From contig DATESQ010000059.1 of assembly GCA_035283985.1 (NCBI GenBank), forward strand, positions 1 through 54,057: a stretch of DNA of 54,057 nucleotides. The letters run 5' to 3'. The notes under the pieces are model-generated. The model did not search any database and was not told the origin of the DNA. It was given only the letters and a program-made list of their open reading frames with translations. Shown piece after piece: positions 1 through 8,022 of the stretch. The first letter of the stretch is position 1; every line of letters starts with the position of its first letter. This DNA comes from Thermoplasmata archaeon. GTDB taxonomy: Archaea; Thermoplasmatota; Thermoplasmata; RBG-16-68-12. Both the position numbers and the translations under genes were made by a program.

Positions 1-1701
1 CGCGTATTTCGGAGGCGAGGGCACAGCTCTTCGGGGGCGTCGGAGAACGTAGATGGCCAGGAATGACAGGACGATCGCGACGAGGAGGATTGCGAATGCC
101 AGTGGGAACGGAGATCCGCCGCGATGTTCCAGGACGACCACCTGTGAGAACGCATAATACTCGCCGGCCACTTGAGAGGATACGGAGAGTTCGACCGTGA
201 GCGACCCGGCGGTCGCCAGGAATTGCGGGAGAGGCAAGGAAATCTCGAAGAGCGTCCCGGGTTCGCCCGAGGCAGTCTTGCCGACGCCGAGCGGGTACAG
301 AGGCGTCCAGGCGACAGACGGCCGGGTCAGACCGGCGGCGGGGTTGTGACCCGTAATCCTCGCGGAGAGGGTCCATGGACCGGCACCTGTGGGGAACGTG
401 CCTGAAATTCGTAGCGAATCCCCAATGATGGCGGGGCCAATGACCGCGGTCATGCGATGCGCCACGGGAACATCGGGCCCATCGCTCGCGGTAACCCACG
501 AACCGGCGACCTCTGCGGCGATGTCCACGGTAATCACGGCGAACGGCGGAACGAATCGCACCTCGACCTCTCCGGAGGCGCTGGTCAACGAGCTGCCATA
601 CGTGATCATCTCGGAGCGTGTGTAAGCGTAGTAGTACACGGGCATCCCAGCGAGCGGTGTTCCATTGTCGCGGACACTGTACCGTAGGACGGCGGTCTCC
701 CCGAGAACCATGAGGTCGAACGGATTCTCGCGGCGGATCTCAAGTGGCCCGTTCGCCTCCGCGGGGACAGATATGGATCCCTGGAAGCCCTGGACGTCGG
801 TTGCCGCCGCAACGGTGCCCGTCAGGACCACGCGAGTCGAAGCATTGAGCGGGACCTCGAACCGTACGGCTCCTTCAATATCCGTCAAGCCGGTCTGGGA
901 GCCCTGGAGGGCGGGAAAGCCCGCGTAGGCTACGGAGACGTCTGCGGCCACAACTGGCGATCCGGTCCGGTTCGCAACGTAGACCTCGAAGATTGCGGCC
1001 GTCGTATTCACCTGTACAGTGTGGTACCAGATCTCGAGCGGTTCTGGAAAGTCGACGCGGACCGATGCCCCTGTGCCGATTCCGTAGTTTCCCAGCTGGG
1101 CGAGGATCGAGAAATCAACGATCGCATCGCGACGGATCCCTTGCGGCACCTCGTAGTCCACCGCGTACCGGCCGACGTCGATCCGTCCGAGCGGAAGCGG
1201 AACCGGCTGCCGGGCAGGACCCAGGCTCTCGCGAACGAGCGCCTCCAGCTGAATTGTGTCCGGATCCTGGGGCTGGCCATACGAGGAGGTCTCGACGGAG
1301 ATATTCACCAGCTGTCCGGGACGTGCCAAGACCGTGCTCGGACGTATCCGCACGGAAATGGGGTGCTCGATCGAGATCGAAGCGCGCCCAGTAATGGACT
1401 GCCCACCAATCTCCACGGTTGCCCGAACGGAGATCTGTGGGGCGTCGGTGATCTCAAGGCTTCCCGAGTACACGCCCGTCGCGACACGCAGGAGTGAAAT
1501 CGTCGTCGAGGGGAACTGCTCGGTTCTGACCGAGACTGAAGTGGGATCGACTGGAACCCCCCTGTCGAACGCATACACGGTCACTTCGACGGTGTCCCCA
1601 GGTCGTGAGGGCTGTGGATCCACGAGGACGAGTACCTTCGCGGATTCCGTCTGACCTAGGGCGGAGAATCCGGAGAGAAGGACCGAGCCGAGGAGAAGCA
1701 C
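1..1701 (-). CDS. Partial CDS running off the left edge: secreted, C-terminally membrane-anchored surface protein with a long beta-rich ectodomain
   Basis: Absent from the ORF track because there is no stop in the window. My minus-strand translation is open from 1809 down to base 1: ...ETRRFWLVVLLLGSVLLSGFSALGQTESAKVLVLVDPQPSRPGDTVEVTVYAFD ... GSPFPLAFAILLVAIVLSFLAIYVLRRPRR... This gives a signal peptide, an ectodomain, a TM helix and a basic tail. The first canonical in-frame start is GTG at 1701, inside the signal peptide (see the frameshift finding). Confidence 0.6.
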   Translation of the reverse strand, partial: MLLLGSVLLSGFSALGQTESAKVLVLVDPQPSRPGDTVEVTVYAFDRGVPVDPTSVSVRTEQFPSTTISLLRVATGVYSGSLEITDAPQISVRATVEIGGQSITGRASISIEHPISVRIRPSTVLARPGQLVNISVETSSYGQPQDPDTIQLEALVRESLGPARQPVPLPLGRIDVGRYAVDYEVPQGIRRDAIVDFSILAQLGNYGIGTGASVRVDFPEPLEIWYHTVQVNTTAAIFEVYVANRTGSPVVAADVSVAYAGFPALQGSQTGLTDIEGAVRFEVPLNASTRVVLTGTVAAATDVQGFQGSISVPAEANGPLEIRRENPFDLMVLGETAVLRYSVRDNGTPLAGMPVYYYAYTRSEMITYGSSLTSASGEVEVRFVPPFAVITVDIAAEVAGSWVTASDGPDVPVAHRMTAVIGPAIIGDSLRISGTFPTGAGPWTLSARITGHNPAAGLTRPSVAWTPLYPLGVGKTASGEPGTLFEISLPLPQFLATAGSLTVELSVSSQVAGEYYAFSQVVVLEHRGGSPFPLAFAILLVAIVLSFLAIYVLRRPRRAVPSPPKYA

Positions 1702-1908
1702 AACGAGCCAGAAGCGACGCGTCTCTGGAACCCCCCAAGGTGGGCTGGTATGCGATAACGGAAGATAGTGATATCGCTCATACTTCGAAACGTGGCGCTG
1801 AGCCAGCGGCTACGGCCAGCTTCAGAGGAATCTCGTGACAGCGCTCGCTGTTGTCCTGATTGCGCGGACCGCGAAGGACTTTATTGTTCGGATCAGTAAC
1901 CTGAACGG

Positions 1909-2004
1909 ATGAAACGTAAGGAGCGACCGCCGAAGGACGCCCGTCCGAAGGAGCACCGGTACCGCCACGGCGGCCGGAAGGGGCGACGCTCGAGACGGTC
2001 GTAG
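1909..2004 (+). CDS. Candidate micro-ORF, 31-aa highly basic peptide (MKRKERPPKDARPKEHRYRHGGRKGRRSRRS)
   Basis: ATG at 1909 and TAG at 2002-2004. A TATA-like ACTTTATTG sits at 1878-1886, about 27 nt upstream of the ATG (leaderless geometry). About 80% GC at third positions. It lies in a 300-nt gap with no other ORF. Arg-rich ORFs arise easily by chance in high-GC DNA. Confidence 0.25.
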   Translation: MKRKERPPKDARPKEHRYRHGGRKGRRSRRS

Positions 2005-2036
2005 AATCCCAGGAAGCCTAGAAAGGCTGCGCGGCC

Positions 2037-2636
2037 CTATTTGAACTCGAACTTGGGGAGAAGTGGTTCCAGAGGATCGGGCTTATCGTCCTCACGTCTC
2101 CGATTGCTTTTCCGCCTCTCCCAGAGGATTTTCAGAGAGAGGAGACCCAAGATCCCGCCGGGGATGATGAACCACAAGTAATCAAGGAGATAGACCCAAA
2201 TCGAGGGCGGCCGTTCGACGTAGAGGACATAGTGAAGGGTTAGGTTGCGATCAATCAAGTTCAGCCACTGGGGCATGTAGAAACCCGCTGCAACGATCGC
2301 GACATCCGCCTGGAATAAAGTCTCGGTCACGTTGAGGATTTCGCGGACGCCGCCTGCGGGGATGTGGTTGTGAACACTGAAGGACACTAACTCGCCCGCG
2401 GGATCCGAGACGTTGTACCGGATGTGAAGAGTGTTCCCCTGGGCCCCGCTAAGGCCAAACGCGTGGAGGTAGGCCTGCGGGGTGCCCGCCGGTCCAAGCA
2501 CGACGTCCCCCACCAGCGTCTCCACAACGGTCCCGCTATGAGGGGTGCTACCGTGGGCCGACACGGACGGACTCAACGCGAGGATTAGCAAGGTCGCCAG
2601 GAAAGCAAAGAGGGTTCGGACGAAGGGACGCTTCAT
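2037..2636 (-). CDS. Secreted protein with signal peptide, mature N-terminal His and C-terminal TM anchor; last gene of the copper operon
   Basis: Track ORF 2037..2645. MKRPFVRTLFAFLATLLILALSPSVSA/HGSTPHSG... and a C-terminal helix FIIPGGILGLLSLKILW followed by a basic tail. The ATG at 2636 overlaps the upstream stop (ATGA). Confidence 0.75.
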   Translation of the reverse strand: MKRPFVRTLFAFLATLLILALSPSVSAHGSTPHSGTVVETLVGDVVLGPAGTPQAYLHAFGLSGAQGNTLHIRYNVSDPAGELVSFSVHNHIPAGGVREILNVTETLFQADVAIVAAGFYMPQWLNLIDRNLTLHYVLYVERPPSIWVYLLDYLWFIIPGGILGLLSLKILWERRKSNRRREDDKPDPLEPLLPKFEFK

Positions 2637-3010
2637 GCTGAACATCCCATCACACGCATGAGATATACGTCCTTCGTCCGCACACGATCGCGTGGAAGGA
2701 TGGCCTCAGTCGCCACCTTGTCCCACGCGGTCCCGGGGTTGGAGCCGAGATCTCCTTCGTCACAATCCTTGCCGCAATGTCGTCGAGCCGTGGCATCTCG
2801 CTGCGGGGCCGTCGGGCCCACGACCGGCGTCAAATTGAGAGGCTTGTTCATCTCCACGGCGATTTTCCGCAGCCACCAACGTTTGGTCCCACGATATATG
2901 GGGGAGACACGCGGAACCGAAGGAAGTCGCCTCGCAGGAGCCGTGACGTGGCGAGAGGCGTCGTGCATCGCGACCCAGACCACGGGAAGGACGAAACGCG
3001 GCCACGTCAT
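2633..3010 (-). CDS. Hypothetical 125-aa protein, translationally coupled between copCD and the downstream secreted protein
   Basis: This is the C-terminal part of track ORF 2633..3574. ATG 3010..3008 overlaps the copCD stop (3007-3009) as ATGA. Its own TGA (2633-2635) overlaps the next ATG (2636..2634). It fills an otherwise empty 360-nt gap. GC3 is about 70%. Sequence MTWPRFVLPVVWVAM...RRHCGKDCDEGD... Confidence 0.4.
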   Translation of the reverse strand: MTWPRFVLPVVWVAMHDASRHVTAPARRLPSVPRVSPIYRGTKRWWLRKIAVEMNKPLNLTPVVGPTAPQRDATARRHCGKDCDEGDLGSNPGTAWDKVATEAILPRDRVRTKDVYLMRVMGCSA

Positions 3011-4719
3011 GAATTTCCCACCACCACGTGAAATACTGAATGGATATCGAACCCCTCCGCCCGCGAGAAGCGGATGTCGATCCGCCAGGTGCCAGGCATC
3101 GAAAGGGCGGGGGTGTCCACGAAGAAATGGTTGCCATGGGGTCCTTCGAGCAGGACGGCCTGAGGCGGGAACGTACGGTTCTGGAGCGCAAACGTCAGGC
3201 TCGCGTTCCGCGCGTTGTTGTAAGGCGCCCCGCTCGCAGCATCCCATACCTGCAAGGTGAACGTGTACACGCCTGGCACGGTGGGCGTCGGCTCGATCTG
3301 AAAGTCGAGTCGCAGACCCTCGACGGTCCCTTGGAGGAGAAACACGCGTCCGGCTCCGCCAAACGAGGCGGCTGGGACCGTCACTGTGAGGACGGCCGCG
3401 AGGAGGAGAACCGCGGCTCCCAGGGCCGCCTCGAAGCGTACGCTCCGCGTTACCGCCGAGACGGAGGGCGCAGGGCCCTCGGGGCCGGACATGGCGGGGA
3501 CCCAGCGGTAGCGGTTGTAGGCCCCCAGGGCGACCATCGGAGCGAAAAAGGAGATCTTCGCAAGGATGACCCATCCGTAGGGCGTGGCCACGAGGCCCTC
3601 AACGCTGCCGACCAAGATCGCGCTGAGGAGGATTCCCGCAACGAGGATGAGACCGACGGAATAGAAAGCGAGACGGGAGAAACGGGTGAGTACATTGGCC
3701 GCATACGCTTGGGACCCATTGGCGCGCAGCCACCGTCGGACCCGGAGGACCGCGAGGAGGCCACCCACCCAGAGGGACACCCCAAGGAGGTGGGCGGAAT
3801 TCGCGAGGGGGCCAAGAGGCCACCACGCTTCCGCTGCGGCACTGTGCGTGCCAAGGCTGCCCGCCACGATGGCTGCTGCCGCGAAGGCTCCGGCGGTGCG
3901 GAGTCGGAAGGGGGACCATGCGAGTGCCTTCCGGTCCGGGGACCGAACGAGGGCGCTTGAAAGGAGGATGACTAGGCCCACGCCGAAGGCCAGGCGGGCG
4001 GCAGCGGACGCGAGGAACGGCGAGCCGACAACATCCGAAAAGGTCGAGGGAGGTCGGAGGGCGAGGGTCCAAAGCCACATTCCGGCCGCACCGGCGCAGA
4101 GGGCAACAGCTCCAATGCCAGCCAACCGCGCGAGCGCGCGATAACCCTGCTGATGGGCATCCATAGACCCGGAATCCGCAAGGGCCTCGGCGGGTAGCCA
4201 AGCGAAAAGGACCAATGCCACGGTCCCCAAGGCAGTCGCGAGGCCGATGAACGTGAGGAATCGGAAGGCGACCTCGAGTGGCGAGATTGAGGCCTGCGCG
4301 GGTCCCATCGGCGGAGGCAGGGGTCCGGGCAGGCTCCCGTCTGGATTCTGAAGGGCGAAGGAAAAAGATCCGGCACTGAAATGCCCGTCCACCGCGGAGA
4401 CGACGCCCCACGTGACCGTGTAAATCCCAGGGCTAATCCGGTCCAACGTCGCCGTGATTGCGCGGGGGTCCGAAGTGGAGACCGCCGCGGGTCCACTCTG
4501 CATTTGTTGCCCGGACGAATTCGTCACGCGGATTGAGGGTGTCCCCTGTTGAACCGCCTCTGAGAAGGTGACCGCGATGGATGTCGGGGGTTGTGCGAGA
4601 ATTCCGTTCGCGGGCGGATCTGACGCGATATAATCTCCATGAGCTCGCGCGGCGTGGGCGAGGCTGGCCGCGAGGCCGATCAGCACGATGCCAGCTAGGA
4701 CGACGACGTGGGCTCTCAT
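3007..4719 (-). CDS. copCD: Fused CopC-CopD copper resistance/uptake protein (YcnJ-like) with an extra C-terminal extracytoplasmic domain
   Basis: Signal peptide, then HGDYIASDPPANGILAQPPTSIAVTFSE...YTVTWGVVSAVDGH (CopC fold signature), followed by about 8 TM helices (CopD-like) and a beta-rich tail. ATG 4719 overlaps the upstream stop (ATGA); the track start at 4743 is TTG. Confidence 0.85.
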   Translation of the reverse strand: MRAHVVVLAGIVLIGLAASLAHAARAHGDYIASDPPANGILAQPPTSIAVTFSEAVQQGTPSIRVTNSSGQQMQSGPAAVSTSDPRAITATLDRISPGIYTVTWGVVSAVDGHFSAGSFSFALQNPDGSLPGPLPPPMGPAQASISPLEVAFRFLTFIGLATALGTVALVLFAWLPAEALADSGSMDAHQQGYRALARLAGIGAVALCAGAAGMWLWTLALRPPSTFSDVVGSPFLASAAARLAFGVGLVILLSSALVRSPDRKALAWSPFRLRTAGAFAAAAIVAGSLGTHSAAAEAWWPLGPLANSAHLLGVSLWVGGLLAVLRVRRWLRANGSQAYAANVLTRFSRLAFYSVGLILVAGILLSAILVGSVEGLVATPYGWVILAKISFFAPMVALGAYNRYRWVPAMSGPEGPAPSVSAVTRSVRFEAALGAAVLLLAAVLTVTVPAASFGGAGRVFLLQGTVEGLRLDFQIEPTPTVPGVYTFTLQVWDAASGAPYNNARNASLTFALQNRTFPPQAVLLEGPHGNHFFVDTPALSMPGTWRIDIRFSRAEGFDIHSVFHVVVGNS

Positions 4720-5336
4720 GGTTTCTGGTCCGTTCTTCGCCAAGCGAAGACACCGACAGCCAGACCGACCGTTCCGATAACCGCTCCGGCGACCGCGAGG
4801 GCTAGGGCCGCGCCAAGCTGTGCGCGGAGGGCCGTGTTTTCCGCCTCCACGGCGCCAATCGCCTGATCGAGTTCCGGTGGCGTCGGATCATCTACCGGGA
4901 ATTCGAAGTCAGACCGGCCCGCGACAGCCTCGATTTCTTGCGTAAAATTGACGGTCGTGCCGTTGAGAGAGCCCTCGACCCGGACCGAGTACGAACCTTC
5001 CCGAGTTGGGATCACGGGGAACGTGTACCCACCCGGCTCGCTAAACAAGGGCTCCAGACTGCCGACCATGGAAGCGGGGCCCGTCAACAAGGTCACAGTA
5101 AGGCGGTCCTGCACGCCGACGACGGGCGTGCCGTTCACCACCCAAGAAAGGCCCAAAAACACGCCATTCAAAAGGCCGACGATCGGCGGTTCCTCCAGCC
5201 ACCCGACCTCGAATTCGTACGGTCCTACCTCTACATGTGTGTGAGCGGCGGAGGGCGGGGCGCTCGCGAGGAGCGATACCGCCGTGCCGATTAACACAAG
5301 CACCATAATTAATGTCGCATGGCGTCGCCCGGACAT
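4716..5336 (-). CDS. Secreted protein with mature N-terminal HTH motif and C-terminal TM anchor; YcnI-like in architecture only
   Basis: MSGRRHATLIMVLVLIGTAVSLLASAPPSAA/HTHVEVGPYEFEVGW... C-terminal coiled segment, then helix ALALAVAGAVIGTVGLAVGVFAW and RR. First gene of the operon. I do not see the DUF1775 motif, so the YcnI analogy rests on context and architecture. Confidence 0.75.
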   Translation of the reverse strand: MSGRRHATLIMVLVLIGTAVSLLASAPPSAAHTHVEVGPYEFEVGWLEEPPIVGLLNGVFLGLSWVVNGTPVVGVQDRLTVTLLTGPASMVGSLEPLFSEPGGYTFPVIPTREGSYSVRVEGSLNGTTVNFTQEIEAVAGRSDFEFPVDDPTPPELDQAIGAVEAENTALRAQLGAALALAVAGAVIGTVGLAVGVFAWRRTDQKP

Positions 5337-5458
5337 TCCAGCACCGCCGAGGAGCAAGCGCCTTGGTCCTCATCCCGCTTATGGCGCAAGCGTGAAGCAG
5401 TTCGGGTCCTCGAACGAAAGCGCCAAGAGGCGGGTTTGCGTTCAACGGGTCGGGTAGG

Positions 5459-5764
5459 GTGGTGTCGATCCATATTGGCCTGGAGATTGCAGGTGCCCTG
5501 ATTGCTCTCGTGCCGATCGTGGGGATTGCTCGTGCGTATCGGGATGCCCACTCCCGCAGGCTGGCCCTCGCCTTGATCGCCTTCATCATCCTCGAAGTCC
5601 GACTTCTTGGCCTCGTTCTCCTCCACACCGTGATCGCAACGGACCACTACTTTGAGGAAATCCTCGACTTCGGCGGCGACCTAGCGGTCATGACCGCTTT
5701 CGCATTGGCCTTCTTGTATGGGACCCGGTGGTCGTTTGGGCGAATCGATGCTGAGCACTCGTGA
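5459..5764 (+). CDS. Small three-helix membrane protein paired with a wHTH regulator
   Basis: Track ORF of 101 aa with three hydrophobic helices. Its 3' end overlaps the start of the downstream regulator. Divergent from the copper operon. Confidence 0.7.
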   Translation: MVSIHIGLEIAGALIALVPIVGIARAYRDAHSRRLALALIAFIILEVRLLGLVLLHTVIATDHYFEEILDFGGDLAVMTAFALAFLYGTRWSFGRIDAEHS

Positions 5765-6245
5765 ACGGATCCTGGCGCTCTTGGAGAGGGAGCCTGGGGT
5801 GTATCTGCGGGAACTCTCCCGGCGGCTCGACGTCTCCTTGGCGACCGTCCGCTACCACCTCGCGGAGATGGAGCGGGACCGGAGGGTCGTGGCGCAGCGG
5901 GCGGGAGCGTTCCTGCGGTTGTTCCCTTCGGAGGGCCTTTCGCGCGACGACTACCCGTTGGTCTCGGCAATACGCGTGCGCGGCCAGCGAAAAGTTCTCG
6001 CCGCCCTGCTCCGGCTCCGGAGCGCGCAGTACTCCCAGCTTCAAGCGGCAGCAGGGCTCGCGTCCGCGTCGCTTTCCAAGTGCCTGCGACATCTTCTGGA
6101 TGTGGGCTTCGTGGTCCAAGACGAGAAGCGCCGATACCGCTTGGCGGACGCTGACATGGTCCGCACGCAGCTTGCGGTGTTTCGAAGTCGTTTCCCCGAT
6201 CTCCTTGCGGACGCGGCTCGAGAGATCTTTGACGAGATTGCCTGA
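5748..6245 (+). CDS. Winged-helix transcription regulator with two ArsR/TrmB-like wHTH units
   Basis: MLSTRERILALLEREPGVYLRELSRRLDVSLATVRYHLAEMERDRRVV..., then a second unit RKVLAALLRLRSAQYSQLQAAAGLASASLSKCLRHLLDVGFVV. ATG at 5748 lies inside track ORF 5718..6245. Confidence 0.8.
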   Translation: MLSTRERILALLEREPGVYLRELSRRLDVSLATVRYHLAEMERDRRVVAQRAGAFLRLFPSEGLSRDDYPLVSAIRVRGQRKVLAALLRLRSAQYSQLQAAAGLASASLSKCLRHLLDVGFVVQDEKRRYRLADADMVRTQLAVFRSRFPDLLADAAREIFDEIA

Positions 6246-6384
6246 TCTGGCCGTCTGTTCCTTGGAATCCACCGGCCGAAGGAAAGAGTCCTTGCGAGCT
6301 ATCGCCACGGCAGCCTCATGTCCGATGATATCGAACCCAGTGGAAGGGTCTGAACAACGAGATTCTCCTTTTCTAGGAAGAGGG

Positions 6385-6458
6385 CGCCGTCGTCCGGATT
6401 TGAACCGGAGACCACCCGGTTAACAGCCGGGAGCTCTACCAGACTGAGCTACGACGGC
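6385..6458 (-). tRNA. tRNA-Asn (anticodon GTT), no encoded CCA
   Basis: Hand-folded 74-nt cloverleaf: GCCGTCG TA GCTC AGTCTGGTA GAGC T CCCGG CTGTTAA CCGGG TGGTC TCCGG TTCAAAT CCGGA CGACGGC G. All stems are Watson-Crick paired. Confidence 0.9.
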
Positions 6459-6500
6459 CCGAGCACGCCAAACAGGGGCCCGCTAAAAAGGTTGCCGGGG

Positions 6501-8018
6501 TCAGAGTTGAAATCGTCGCGAGGCCGCAACCACGAGCCGGTCGAAGGACACGAGGATGCCGATGGCGTAAGAAATCGCAATCGGCCATGCGACCACGCTC
6601 CAAGGTCCGGGCCAAGACGCAAAGAGCGCGAGGGCCACCGCAGGGGCTCCCGCCGCAAGGGCGATGAGGGGGACGACGAGGAACGGGATGACCGCCTTCA
6701 GGGAGAACGCATCCGTCGGGATCTTCACCGCGGCGAACACGACGACCGCCGCACCGCAGGCTGCGAGCGACATCAGCGTCGCGGCGAGCGCCCCGAGGAT
6801 GGAAACCGCTCCTCCCGCGACGGCCCCGATGACGGCGCCGGCCCCGGTCAGGATCAGAAACGTCCGGTACATGCCGCGGAAGTACGTACCGAAATAGCGC
6901 GGGGACATCGCGACGGTCCACAGGTTCGCCCGATCCATCACGTTCCAGTTGAACGCGAGGATCACGGGGATCATCACGGCGACCCACCCTGTGCTGAGCA
7001 ATGTAAGTTCCGAGGGCGCAGGCTGGTCGACCCGGCTCGCCGCACTGATGAGAGCCAGGACGCCCGTGATGAGCGCGACAACGAGGACGCTTCCGTCCCG
7101 GATGATTCGGGTGAGGTGGAGACGCGTCATCATCGCGAGCGGGGGGCCCTCGAGGAGATCGGGCGAGACGCGCCGCGTGAGGCGGCTGAGTCCGCGGATC
7201 AGTGCCTCCTGCTGTGCGACCTTCGACCGGAGGTTCATCTGCCCGAACGCGATCCGCATCGTCGGACGCAGGTACGGGAACACGTTGCGGGACGTCATCG
7301 CGAACCACGCGATGCCGGCGATCAGCGCGAAAGCGGTGAGAAGAAGGGTGTGCGGGAGGAGGGTCCCGCCGAACAGGAGGGCGAGGATCAGGTACGCGGC
7401 CGCCGCCGACGGAAGCGGAACGATCTGATACGAAGGAAGGAAGGGCCAAACCTGGTGACCCGCGGGGATCATGAGGAGAACCACGAGCCCGACCGCGAGG
7501 ATCTTCGCCCCGCGCCGGCGGGCGGCGATCGCGAGCCCAACGGACTGCCCGAGGGCGAGGCCCGCCGCGGTGAACGCGAGGAACGCAAGGATCGCCGCCA
7601 CCACCTCGCTCCCGTTCCCGAGGCGGAGTGACAAGCCCAGGCCTACCACGAGGAGCGCGGGAATCGCCAGGGCATTCGTGACCGTGAACTGGAACAGGTA
7701 GTCCGCGACGACGTACTGGCGCGGTCGCAATCGCGACGTCGCGAAGAAATCGATCTCCGCGGGGTGCGTGAGCGTCCCACCGCCGAGCGCGAAGAGGAGG
7801 TCGAACGCGAGGAACGCCGAGAGTCCCACGGCGAACAGCTCCCCAAGGTTCGCGGACTGCCAGATCGGCAATGTCGGCGCGAAGTAGCCGACGAAGAACA
7901 TCGGCGGGAGAAGAGAAACCGCAAGGAGCGCGACGATGACGACCGCGCCGAGCTCGGACCGGAGGGGGCCGAAGAATTGGCGGACCTTGAACGCGTAGAT
8001 CGTGAGGACTGCGCCCAC
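6501..8018 (-). CDS. Multi-pass ABC-type exporter permease
   Basis: Track ORF 6501..8144. Its Arg-rich N-terminal 42 aa overlap the ATPase gene. GTG at 8018 lies 4 nt after the ATPase stop and begins VGAVLTIYAFKVRQFFGPL... More than 10 hydrophobic helices. Confidence 0.75.
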   Translation of the reverse strand: MGAVLTIYAFKVRQFFGPLRSELGAVVIVALLAVSLLPPMFFVGYFAPTLPIWQSANLGELFAVGLSAFLAFDLLFALGGGTLTHPAEIDFFATSRLRPRQYVVADYLFQFTVTNALAIPALLVVGLGLSLRLGNGSEVVAAILAFLAFTAAGLALGQSVGLAIAARRRGAKILAVGLVVLLMIPAGHQVWPFLPSYQIVPLPSAAAAYLILALLFGGTLLPHTLLLTAFALIAGIAWFAMTSRNVFPYLRPTMRIAFGQMNLRSKVAQQEALIRGLSRLTRRVSPDLLEGPPLAMMTRLHLTRIIRDGSVLVVALITGVLALISAASRVDQPAPSELTLLSTGWVAVMIPVILAFNWNVMDRANLWTVAMSPRYFGTYFRGMYRTFLILTGAGAVIGAVAGGAVSILGALAATLMSLAACGAAVVVFAAVKIPTDAFSLKAVIPFLVVPLIALAAGAPAVALALFASWPGPWSVVAWPIAISYAIGILVSFDRLVVAASRRFQL

Positions 8019-8022
8019 GGGC

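Noticed and set aside
4716-5336. Calling the first copper-operon gene ycnI (DUF1775).
   Set aside because: The mature N-terminus HTHVEVGPYEFEVGW does not match the HV.V.P...VP.E pattern I associate with DUF1775. Only the architecture (signal peptide, His+1, C-terminal TM anchor) and the context are shared, so the gene symbol is left empty.
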